Part shown: piece after piece, positions 1 to 8,486 of the stretch
Layout: each line of letters opens with the position of its first letter
How positions within the stretch are numbered: the stretch's first letter is position 1
Assembly: GCA_938091905.1 (NCBI GenBank)
Contig: CALKOM010000048.1
Span: forward strand, 1-19,476
From: an uncultured Verrucomicrobiales bacterium
GTDB taxonomy: Bacteria; Verrucomicrobiota; Verrucomicrobiia; Verrucomicrobiales; DEV007
DNA length: 19,476 nucleotides
Reading direction: 5' to 3'
The notes under the pieces: generated by a model
Told to the model about the DNA's origin: nothing
What the model saw: the letters and a program-made list of their open reading frames with translations, nothing else
Databases searched by the model: none
Program-made: the position numbers and the translations under genes

Positions 1-119
1 CGATACCGTCTATTAGGGCTAACGCAGTTCATGGACTAGCTGGAGGAAGAGAATCTGGATAAGCGCATTGGCTTTGGCGAAGACCAGGGTCTCTTCCTCT
101 CATGCTTACTGATTAGTTC

Positions 120-389
120 TTGTCTAACGCTTGCCTGTCTGGAGAATTCCTGGTTTTCCGTTGGACCGGCATGCTCATAGTCGCGCCAGAATTGTATCAC
201 TGGCATCATGATCATGATGCAGGAAACTACGCCAACCTGTCACCGCTGATGGACAACCTTTTTGGCACCTGCCGGCCTCCGGGTGTGGAACCGGAGGCCT
301 TTGGGATTAAGGAGCCCATCCCGCGATCCTACCTCGGCCAACGGTGGTATCCTTTCAAACGGCGCTGGCCGTTGTCATCGGCACGTTAG
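120..389 (+). pseudogene. C-terminal fragment of a fatty acid hydroxylase / sterol desaturase family protein
   Basis: Translation contains MLIVAPELYHWHHDHDAGNYANLSPLMDNLFGT...EPEAFGIKEPIPRSYLGQ. This matches the last His box (HHWHH, here YHWHH) and the NY...DxLFGT tail of the family. The upstream His boxes and transmembrane core are absent and the upstream frames contain stops. Confidence 0.7.
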
Positions 390-426
390 CTTGTCCCTAC
401 TAAGAAATCAGGCTTAGGTAGGTGTC

Positions 427-2184
427 ATGCAGCGCCTCGCCATTCTTGCTTCCATTTTTGTCTTTACGTCTCTCGCGATCGCGAATGAGCGCCCAAATGT
501 CATCCTTATGATGACCGATGATCAGGGCATCGGCGACTTCGGCATCAACGGCAATACCTTGATTGAAACGCCAAACATCGATGCCATGGCGGCGAAGAGC
601 GGCAGTCTAACCACATTCTATGTGAGCCCGGTTTGCTCGCCCACGCGGGCTTCGCTCATGACGGGACGTTACAATCAGCGTACACGCTGTATCGACACGT
701 GGTTAGGCCGTTCGATGATGGAGCCTGACGAATTCACCCTGGCCGAGGCGCTCAAAGCCGCTGGTTACCGCACCGGGCTATTTGGAAAATGGCACTTGGG
801 TGATTGCTATCCGATGCGACCCCAGGATCAAGGCTTCGACCAGGTGCTGATGCATCGGGGTGGGGGACTAGCGCAGCCCTCTGAGCCATTGGAGAATGAG
901 CGGCGTTACACTGACCCGATCTTGTTCGATGAAACGGGCAAGGCCGTGAAGACGAAGGGGTTCTGCACCGATGTCTACATAGATGCCGCGTTAGAGTTTA
1001 TCGGGAAAGGAACAGAGAAGCCGTTCTTCGTTTACTTGCCGACAAATGCGCCCCACGGGCCCTATCATGATGTGCCAGAGGAACTTCGCCAACACTACAT
1101 GACCAAGGATCTCACCGCTCTCCAAGCCAATCCACCCAAGGGCGAGCGCAAGGCACAAATGCAAGATCAATTGGCACGCATTGCCGCGATGATTACGAAC
1201 GAAGATCAAAACGTTGGCCGAGTGATGGCACATTTGGTGAAGAACGGTCTATTAAAGAACACGTTAGTCATCCGTATGAATGACAATGGGCCGAATACGA
1301 TGCGTTACGTCGGAGAGATGCGCGGGATGAAAACGAATGTTCATGAAGGTGGCGTTCGCTCGCCGTTCTGGATGCATTGGCCTACCAAGATCAGAGCCGG
1401 TATGAAGGTAGACGCCTTGACGGCACACATCGATGTCATGCCGACGATTCTCGAAGCCTGTGATGCGAAAGCTGGGCCGCATGCGCTTGATGGTCGCAGC
1501 TTTCTCGGGCTCTTTACGGCACCAGAGACCGCCACGTGGCCTAACCGACAACTCGTCATCCAATCCCACCGCGGCACTTCGGCAAAGCGCTATCACCACT
1601 TCATGCTGCGTGACGGCGATTGGAAATTGCTCCATGCTTCGGGCTTCGGGAAGGAGAGCTTCGATGGGGGGCCGAAGTTTGAACTCTACAATCTCAAGGA
1701 AGATCCGGAGGAGCGGAAGAACGTGGCAACAGAACAACCAGCGGTATTGGCCCGGCTTAAGAGAGACTACGGGGCTTGGTTTGCCGATGTCTCAAGCACG
1801 CGACCTGACAACTATGCGCCTCCTCGTGTGATTGTCGGCACTGAACATGAGAATCCCACCGCGTTAACGCGCCAGGACTGGCTTGGCACGACTTGGAGAG
1901 GTGGGGCAATGGGCCACTGGGTGGTCGACGTTTCCAAGCCAGTGACGGCGCAAATCGAAGTTGTCTTTCATCCTAACGTCGTGACAGGCGGGGACGCTGC
2001 CATCATGTTGAAAGTGGGTGAGAAGGTTCTCCAGCAGACCTCTAAGGCCGACGTGATTCAATTCGACAAGATTAAACTAACAAAGGGCGAGGTAAAGCTT
2101 GAAGCAATTCGGAGTGAGGATGGGAAGGATGTGGGTGCTTACCAACTTCTCGTGACCACGGATGCCTCATCCGCGAGTTCTTAG
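427..2184 (+). CDS. Secreted formylglycine-dependent (Cys-type) arylsulfatase with a C-terminal beta-sandwich extension
   Basis: Signal peptide, RPNVILMMTDDQG, CSPTRASLMTG signature, GKWHLG, DNG, ELYNLKEDPEE; 585 aa. Confidence 0.95.
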   Translation: MQRLAILASIFVFTSLAIANERPNVILMMTDDQGIGDFGINGNTLIETPNIDAMAAKSGSLTTFYVSPVCSPTRASLMTGRYNQRTRCIDTWLGRSMMEPDEFTLAEALKAAGYRTGLFGKWHLGDCYPMRPQDQGFDQVLMHRGGGLAQPSEPLENERRYTDPILFDETGKAVKTKGFCTDVYIDAALEFIGKGTEKPFFVYLPTNAPHGPYHDVPEELRQHYMTKDLTALQANPPKGERKAQMQDQLARIAAMITNEDQNVGRVMAHLVKNGLLKNTLVIRMNDNGPNTMRYVGEMRGMKTNVHEGGVRSPFWMHWPTKIRAGMKVDALTAHIDVMPTILEACDAKAGPHALDGRSFLGLFTAPETATWPNRQLVIQSHRGTSAKRYHHFMLRDGDWKLLHASGFGKESFDGGPKFELYNLKEDPEERKNVATEQPAVLARLKRDYGAWFADVSSTRPDNYAPPRVIVGTEHENPTALTRQDWLGTTWRGGAMGHWVVDVSKPVTAQIEVVFHPNVVTGGDAAIMLKVGEKVLQQTSKADVIQFDKIKLTKGEVKLEAIRSEDGKDVGAYQLLVTTDASSASS

Positions 2185-2263
2185 GCTTCAAATTTTAAAT
2201 GATCCAGTGTCCCCCTCAGAAAAATCTGGAGCAGCGCCTGCTTTGCACATACTGATGATCTTC

Positions 2264-3529
2264 ATGAAAACGACCCATTGTCTCGTAGCCGGTGGCTTTC
2301 TCTTACTCACTCTATCGCTAAACGTCTTTGCCGAGGACTGGCCGTCGTGGCGAGGGCCTTCGCACCAGGGGAGCCGGGCGGGAAAGAGTTACCCGACGAA
2401 GTGGACTCCCGATAGCGTTCGTTGGAAGGTGGCGCTGCCTGGGAAAGGCGCTTCGTGCCCCGTCGTTTGGAAGAATCGCATCCTTGTCACCACGCCCGAG
2501 GCCGGAGTGGATACGGTGATTGCTTTTGATTTGTATGGGAAACAGATATGGAAAAGGACGCTGGGAGCGGAGCGGGCAGCGAAACACAAGAAGCTGGGAA
2601 CAAGCAGCAATGCGTCCCCAGTGACCGATGGCAGAGGAGTGTATGTATATTTCAAGAGCGGAAACTTTGCGGCGCTCGAGATGGACGGGACGGTGCGTTG
2701 GCAGCGTAATCTTAGCAAAGACTTTGGGCCCCAGGAACTATACTGGGATCAGGGGAGCTCGCCGGTGCTCCTTGGCGAATTGGTCATTCTCCCGCGTTTA
2801 CATGGAGGCGATTCCTGGGTCGCCGGTTTCGACAAGGTCACCGGAAAGATTCGCTGGAAGACGCAGCGCAATTATGAGGTGCCACCCGAGAACGACAATG
2901 GCTACACCACACCTATCCCCCTTCGCCATGGTGACCGTGATGCCTTGCTAGTGTGGTGTTCCGATCACGTAACCACTTACGCCGCCGATGACGGCACCTT
3001 GCTTTGGTCCTGCGGCGGCTTCAATCCGAAAGGGAACAAGCTGTGGCCCCCGATTGCGACCCCAGTGGTTTCTGGTGATGTTGCAGTGATTCCCGTCGGT
3101 CGCGATGATCGTAAGCAGGGCCAAGTACATGCGGTCAAGTTAGGAGGCAAAGGCGATGTCACCAAGAGCCACCGACTTTGGGAGCGCGATGACTTTGGCG
3201 TGTTCGTCGCAAGCCCGATTGCTTATGAGGGAAGAGTCTATCTCTTGCGCAATAAGGGCGGAGTGGTTTGTCTCGATCCCGCGACGGGAAAACCGTTTTG
3301 GGAAGCTGCTTTACCACGCGCGGCAGATGCCTATTACGCGTCACCCGTGATTGCGGGAGGCATCCTCTACGCGGCACGCGAAGATGGCGTGGTCTTCTCC
3401 GCACGCGTTGGCGAGCATTTCGAATTGTTAGGCGAGAATGCGATGGGAGAACAAATCCTTGCATCGCCCGTGCCATTCGATGGGCAGCTACTCATTCGCA
3501 GTGAGAGCCACCTATTCTGTGTGAAATGA
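2264..3529 (+). CDS. PQQ-binding-like (BamB-like) beta-propeller repeat protein, secreted
   Basis: Likely start ATG 2264 (MKTTHCLVAGGFLLLTLSLNVFA signal peptide), then EDWPSWRGP and repeated ASP / G...W blade motifs. The ORF-track start at 2162 overlaps the sulfatase and is unlikely. Confidence 0.9.
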   Translation: MKTTHCLVAGGFLLLTLSLNVFAEDWPSWRGPSHQGSRAGKSYPTKWTPDSVRWKVALPGKGASCPVVWKNRILVTTPEAGVDTVIAFDLYGKQIWKRTLGAERAAKHKKLGTSSNASPVTDGRGVYVYFKSGNFAALEMDGTVRWQRNLSKDFGPQELYWDQGSSPVLLGELVILPRLHGGDSWVAGFDKVTGKIRWKTQRNYEVPPENDNGYTTPIPLRHGDRDALLVWCSDHVTTYAADDGTLLWSCGGFNPKGNKLWPPIATPVVSGDVAVIPVGRDDRKQGQVHAVKLGGKGDVTKSHRLWERDDFGVFVASPIAYEGRVYLLRNKGGVVCLDPATGKPFWEAALPRAADAYYASPVIAGGILYAAREDGVVFSARVGEHFELLGENAMGEQILASPVPFDGQLLIRSESHLFCVK

Positions 3530-3607
3530 GCGCGGACTTTGGGGTTCGTCTCTGATTATCGAGCATAGGCTTGACGTGAAATCGAAGCGACGACCTAAGC
3601 TACCGTA

Positions 3608-4417
3608 TCAGATATTTACCTGCCCTCCTCCATCTGCGGAGTCCTCGCCTAACGCTTCCCGCAACGCCCCGATCTCTCGGTGAAGCCCTTCGCGCAAGAA
3701 GATCGCGTCTGCTTTGTGGATGAACAGATTGGCTCCCATCCCAATGAGTCGCGTGGATTCTTCTGTTGTTCCCCAGTAGTGGACTCCGGCGCCGATGCCT
3801 GCATTTCGTGCTGTTGTCAGGATGGTTTCGGCCGCCTTGAGAAACTCCGGGTGGTCATACTGCTCAGGCAAACCCAAGCTACACGAAAGATCATGCGGCC
3901 CAATGAGCACGCCATCGATCCCCTTGACTTCCAGGATAGCGTCGAGATTCTCCAGGGCTGGTAAGCTTTCAATGTTCACCATGAGTGTATTCCCCGCAGT
4001 GTTCTTGGCGATGTAACTCGCTAACGGATCGGCCAAAGGAGGCTCTGCCACTCCTTGAGCTACCCGTTTCCCTTTTAAAGGCCGCATTCGAGCTGAACTG
4101 ACCAGTGCTGTCGCCTCCGCTACTTGCTCCAAATACGGAGCGACGACACCACAAGCCCCGTCATCGTACGCCACGGTGACATCATAAGGATTGGGACTGG
4201 GAATGCGAACAAGCGGTGGCAATCCCATTGCGGAATACGTTCGACACATCCAGGAGAGACTCTCGCGGCCAATCGCGATATGTTCTGTATCAATAAAGAC
4301 AAAGTCGAGGCCGCAGTCGCCAATGATCTTAGGCCAAGAAGGCGTTTGAGCTACGAGCAGGGTGCCAATGAGTCGGTCGCCTTGGCGGAGTTTGTTGCGG
4401 AATTCGATTGCGTTCAT
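3608..4417 (-). CDS. HpcH/HpaI (KDGluc/HKHD-type) class II aldolase family protein
   Basis: DFVFIDTEH, LVRIP, NIES, IGPHDLS motifs. Start at 4417 (MNAIEFRNKL) is preferred over 4438. Confidence 0.9.
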   Translation of the reverse strand: MNAIEFRNKLRQGDRLIGTLLVAQTPSWPKIIGDCGLDFVFIDTEHIAIGRESLSWMCRTYSAMGLPPLVRIPSPNPYDVTVAYDDGACGVVAPYLEQVAEATALVSSARMRPLKGKRVAQGVAEPPLADPLASYIAKNTAGNTLMVNIESLPALENLDAILEVKGIDGVLIGPHDLSCSLGLPEQYDHPEFLKAAETILTTARNAGIGAGVHYWGTTEESTRLIGMGANLFIHKADAIFLREGLHREIGALREALGEDSADGGGQVNI

Positions 4418-4433
4418 GGATGAGTCAGGCCCC

Positions 4434-4461
4434 ATCATGGTGGGGGCGTCGTGACGGTCAA
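4434..4461 (-). promoter_or_regulatory. Putative sigma70 promoter of the aldolase gene
   Basis: Minus strand TTGACC (4461-4456), 16-nt spacer, CATGAT (4439-4434). Confidence 0.35.
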
Positions 4462-4715
4462 GCTAGGCTTACCCCGAGAGCGCGGTGACGGAGGCTTTTG
4501 GCCTTCCTCGGGGTGGTGGGGTTGAACATGGACCATGCGTCCGCTCCTGGAATGGCCATGACCGTCTTGATGAACAATATTTCCTAGCAGAGTGCGCTTT
4601 TGATGTTGAAGATGTTCGGGCTGCTAGAAAGCGCCGAGACACCGTTGCGTCTTCTGATTCACGATCTCCAAAATCAATCGCCACGAGGGATGCGCGAAGA
4701 CGGACATGATGTCCA

Positions 4716-5123
4716 TCACCCTCCAGCGAACACCGGATTAAAACCGGCCTCAATAAGGATGCGCTTCACCTCATCGCGCTTGTCGCCTTGGATCTCGATG
4801 CAGCCGCCTTTCACGGTTCCCCCAACACCGCAGGCTCTCTGCATTCTCTTGGCCAGTTCCTGCTTTTCCGGTAGGCCGATGCCGATGAAATTCTTTATCA
4901 CCGTCACTCCTTTGCCACCGCGATGTGCGGTCTGACGGATGATGTCGACGCGTCCGCGGTTGGTGTTCTTCATGCCCCGTTTTGAGGTGCTCCGGTGAAG
5001 GGAGGCGTCGAATTCCTCCGAGACTGATTCAACGGGCTTCTGAGGGGTGTTTGGCTTCTTTGGGCCATTGAGCGCCTGGAGTAAGAGTTCTTCTTCGTTG
5101 AGGCTGTTATTGCGTCGTCCCAT
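4716..5123 (-). CDS. yciH: Translation initiation factor SUI1/eIF1-like protein (YciH family)
   Basis: RGGKGVTVI...LAKRMQRACGVGGTVKGGCIEIQGDKRDEV...L signature, preceded by a low-complexity N-terminal extension. Confidence 0.88.
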   Translation of the reverse strand: MGRRNNSLNEEELLLQALNGPKKPNTPQKPVESVSEEFDASLHRSTSKRGMKNTNRGRVDIIRQTAHRGGKGVTVIKNFIGIGLPEKQELAKRMQRACGVGGTVKGGCIEIQGDKRDEVKRILIEAGFNPVFAGG

Positions 5124-5256
5124 GAACTCTATCCGTAAGCCCGGGCCGCGGTCTTCGCGATCTTAAAAAAAAACGAGCGTGCACCCTATCTGTCACGTAG
5201 CGAAATGCAGTCCACTTAGTACGTGCCAAGATTTCCTAGTGGTTACGTTCAGCACC

Positions 5257-6064
5257 ATGGCGACGAGCAACTCCCGGATCCTTTCCCTTATTCTAACATC
5301 CTGGCTTACGGTCGATGTCTCCGCTCGGTGGGCTGATACTTAGCCCAAACTTAGCGCGGCCGATTTCCCAATGCCTTCGCCGACTGAGCAGCACACAAAG
5401 AAAGTGGCTGCGGTCAACACGGGTGATTATGATTTGGCATTCATCGGAGATCCAATCACACACGCGCTCGATGACTTTGGCGACAAGTACGCGACTCTAA
5501 CAGCGATGTGGTAAGTGTACTACGCGCCCCACAACGCGAATAACTTGGGTTAGAGCGGCTTTCGTAAGGAGCAAGTCCTGTGGAGCCTGCAGAATGGCGA
5601 GCCTGACTTCGCCCGTTCTCCAAAGGTCGCCACGCCATACTTCTCATTGGGGTGAACAATACGGAGGAGCGCCATTTCGAAAATGTGCACAGCGCCGAAG
5701 CGGTCTATGCGAGCAACAAGGCGATGGTGGACTACATCAAAGAACGGTATCCGACGACCAAGATCTTGGTGTTGCGCATCTTTCCTCGGCGTCATGTGTC
5801 GAGGTCTGTCGCCGTGCGGGGGAACTCACCAAGCATAAACAGGTGCTCTGGTTTGGTGTGAATAACATCTTCCTAAACCCTGACGGGACGATCAATACCA
5901 AGTGCATGTGGGACCTCCTACACCCGAGTGCCGAAGCCTGGGCGAAAGCGATGGCTCCAGGCCTGAACCGATTATTGGCCGAGGAATCCCTACTTTCGAC
6001 TCAAACTCTGCTGCGGCACGATGAGATTAGCAACACGACCACTCGAAATGGGGCCACGCCATGA
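5257..6064 (+). pseudogene. SGNH/GDSL hydrolase (PAF-acetylhydrolase-like) pseudogene
   Basis: From ATG 5257: signal-like N-terminus, DLAFIGDPITH (block I GDS, Ser->Pro at 5452), NLG*SG (block II), LLIGVNN (block III), KILVLRIFPR, DLLHPS (block V). Stops at 5341, 5512 and 5551; frameshifts near 5633 and 5790. Confidence 0.85.
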
Positions 6065-6075
6065 AGTGCTTTCGT

Positions 6076-7161
6076 TTAACTCATTTCGCCATGGTGTTCT
6101 TTGCGCTCGCGCAAGAGCGTGTCCAAGATGAGATCGACAGATTCAACGATTCGTTGATCCCGCGGCCGCAAGTCGGGAGTGAAGGATTCACCAGTGAGAT
6201 GCTGTAGTCCGTTGATGTATCTTACCGCGATCTCATTCGCCTGTTCCTTGGAGAACTGTTGCTCTTGCTCTTTCACCATACCGCGTGCGAATTCTTTGGA
6301 GAAGGACACCGGCTTGCCATTACGAGTAAGCAATTGGCCGTCATCGTCCAACTTCCAGAATCGGGACGAATCCATGGTGTAGAGTTCGTCGGCTGGGACG
6401 ATCTGGCCGTCCACATTGATCCCGTGTTCGGTCTTGGTGTCCACGAGCACCATCCCGCGCTGAGCGAGGTATTGGGAAATCATGCCAAAGGCCATCAACG
6501 ATGAATTCCGGAGCTGGGCATATTGCCCTTCGGTGCAGACGCCGTTCTTGATGAGAAATGCTGCGTCAACGGTACGGTCGACCTTCTCCTTCGTGCTCGG
6601 GGTGTCCATTAGATAGGGGAGCGGTTTGTTAGGCGCGAGCGAAGCGACGTCCAACTCGTGGCCAGCGAAATGCATTGTGTGCTGTTCTGCCTCTTTCGCG
6701 GCTAACCAATGTTGATAGAGCGAGGTGGAGGTTGAACTCTCCGCCATGTAGAGGCGCAGGACATTCTCGACCATCAAGATCGTAACATTTTCGGCGGGAA
6801 TGACAGTCGAGGACGAGGCGAGACCTGGCACATCGAACTGCGACGTTCCCAGAACTGGCTTTACCAGTTGGAGCATGTGGTCGTGATTGACTGCCAAGAC
6901 TTGATCCTTGAACGGAATGGATCCTCGGTTGACGTCGTGGGTGGAGATGCGGTTGTTGCGAAACATCAAGCGGATGGGCCTTCCGGAGGCTGTCTTGAGG
7001 GCATCGCTAAAGACGGAATCGGAGACCTTGCCCTGGAGCACGGTACAGCTATCAAGGCGCGGCAACTCGCCATCGTCGATCAGTTGCTTGATCGGTCGGC
7101 CTTCATTCACAGCGGCTCCATGAGTCGCCACCAGTTCACGGATCTCTTGTTCGGTTAGCAT
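6076..7161 (-). CDS. purC: Phosphoribosylaminoimidazole-succinocarboxamide (SAICAR) synthase family protein, divergent long type
   Basis: GKV, RIS..D, IPFKxQVL, TPSTK, LVDTKxExG, DExxTxDSSRFW, KEFxR motifs in the canonical order; 361 aa. Confidence 0.8.
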   Translation of the reverse strand: MLTEQEIRELVATHGAAVNEGRPIKQLIDDGELPRLDSCTVLQGKVSDSVFSDALKTASGRPIRLMFRNNRISTHDVNRGSIPFKDQVLAVNHDHMLQLVKPVLGTSQFDVPGLASSSTVIPAENVTILMVENVLRLYMAESSTSTSLYQHWLAAKEAEQHTMHFAGHELDVASLAPNKPLPYLMDTPSTKEKVDRTVDAAFLIKNGVCTEGQYAQLRNSSLMAFGMISQYLAQRGMVLVDTKTEHGINVDGQIVPADELYTMDSSRFWKLDDDGQLLTRNGKPVSFSKEFARGMVKEQEQQFSKEQANEIAVRYINGLQHLTGESFTPDLRPRDQRIVESVDLILDTLLRERKEHHGEMS

Positions 7162-7336
7162 GAATTCTTAAAGACAGTGGTACAACCTGATCAAGCCGGT
7201 GGGTAGTCAAATCTCTATCGCCGAGCCGCGTCGGTGCCAAGGAGTCTGATTCCAGTCGATTGGCCGCACCGGCAGAACTCTTTCATGCCAAGAGATGCCC
7301 TCTTTAGCAGAACTCTGTTCTCAAGGAAATAGGCCA

Positions 7337-8200
7337 CTACGGCTCGCGCACAAGGAACTCTACCGCCTTTGGAATCCATCCACTGTCCCAGCGATGAGGC
7401 CGTTTGGATTCGAAAACATAGTGGTGTGGAAACTCCAACTTAACCATCAGTTGGTGAAGCTTAGTGCCACCAAGCGCGCGGTTCCCTTTGGTATTATAGT
7501 AAAACATCCTAGCTTCCTCGCCGAGGTCGGCGCCTCGCCTTCGAAGCAATGTCGAAAGGCGGTAATCCTCAAAGTTCTTCGCACTTCCAAAGATGCGCTC
7601 TACTTTCTCATTGCGGTCATCTTCCTCGATCGGTCCGGTATCGATACGAATGCCAGGGTCCCACCCAGCGGCGCGATGAAATAGTTTCGGATGCCGAAGC
7701 AACAAGGTGAATGCTCCCCAGCCAGATTTGCTGAACCCAACTAACAATCGACCGTTCCATCCTTCAAGCACCGGGTAATTTTTCTCGACGAATGGCAAGA
7801 CCACCTTCAGCAAATGACTTTCGTCCTGCCTTGTGACCTCGCTGTCATGATCGGCATACCATGGCATCGCTGTGAATTCTGGAGAAACACAAATCAACCC
7901 ATGCTCGTTGTGAAGATCACGCTTCTTGATCTCAAGCATGCCATCACCATGTTTCTTCTCATCCGCTGCAGCGACAACAGGCAGGACGTAGAGAACACGA
8001 TAGAGTTTGTTTTCCTTAAGGTCGTCAGGGAGCAAGACTCGAACCGTTGTCTCAGCGGACTGATATTCTGATTGTAGTCGGTGCACTCGAAAGCCCCTCT
8101 CTTCTAAAGTGTATCCGTCAGCATCCAACATCTGACTCCAGCCTTGAAGAGACCATGCCAACAGCAAGAGACCAATCTTGGAAGGAGCGCCCATGGCCAT
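7337..8200 (-). CDS. Putative esterase / alpha-beta hydrolase, probably secreted
   Basis: VRVLLP...YRVLYVLP, GFSKSGWG nucleophile elbow, C-terminal H-x-W-DSGW; hydrophobic N-terminus. Start at 8200 or 8194. Confidence 0.8.
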   Translation of the reverse strand: MAMGAPSKIGLLLLAWSLQGWSQMLDADGYTLEERGFRVHRLQSEYQSAETTVRVLLPDDLKENKLYRVLYVLPVVAAADEKKHGDGMLEIKKRDLHNEHGLICVSPEFTAMPWYADHDSEVTRQDESHLLKVVLPFVEKNYPVLEGWNGRLLVGFSKSGWGAFTLLLRHPKLFHRAAGWDPGIRIDTGPIEEDDRNEKVERIFGSAKNFEDYRLSTLLRRRGADLGEEARMFYYNTKGNRALGGTKLHQLMVKLEFPHHYVFESKRPHRWDSGWIPKAVEFLVREP

Positions 8201-8316
8201 GAAAGATGAAGGGCTCCGAGTCAAACGTAAAGGCCGGACCTGGAGTCCCCGATTGGATGGCCAAACCGAGGCCTGTTGACTTGACCCTGACGGTAGATCC
8301 GCGCCACCTTCGGGCT

Positions 8317-8391
8317 GTGAAATCAGCTCTCTTAGCCATACTGCTAGGAAATTGCTTTTCGTCTATGGGGTCAGATTCGCCGCATTGCTAG
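8317..8391 (+). other. Micro-ORF 1 (24 aa, GTG start): MKSALLAILLGNCFSSMGSDSPHC
   Basis: Direct translation. Preceded by TTGACC (8281-8286), 18 nt, CACCTT (8305-8310), then 6 nt to the GTG. Its 3' part is repeat copy A. Confidence 0.35.
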
Positions 8392-8401
8392 GGATTGGAG
8401 G
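8339..8401 (+). repeat. 63-bp direct repeat, copy A
   Basis: tactgctaggaaattgcttttcgtctatggggtcagattcgccgcattgctagggattggagg; 59/63 identical to 12664-12726. Confidence 0.95.
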
Positions 8402-8486
8402 TAGTTCTGCTGCGGAATCGTCACGATCCGCAAAGGCGGGCGCGAACTGAAGATCGATTTGAACGATTAAGGGCGGTTCCTGGCAA

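Noticed and set aside
1..150. Possible N-terminal remnant of the desaturase-family gene (LEEENLDKRIGFGE...)
   Set aside because: The resemblance is too weak to support without an alignment.
4579..4590. atttcctagcag, the reverse complement of 12 nt of the 63-bp repeat
   Set aside because: The match does not extend, and a 12-mer hit to any part of a 63-mer in a window this size is plausible by chance.
7162..7336. Possible purine/ZTP riboswitch upstream of the purC-like gene; 10-bp repeat gcagaactct
   Set aside because: Conserved riboswitch elements could not be assembled by eye and the repeat is too short to interpret. An Rfam scan would settle it.
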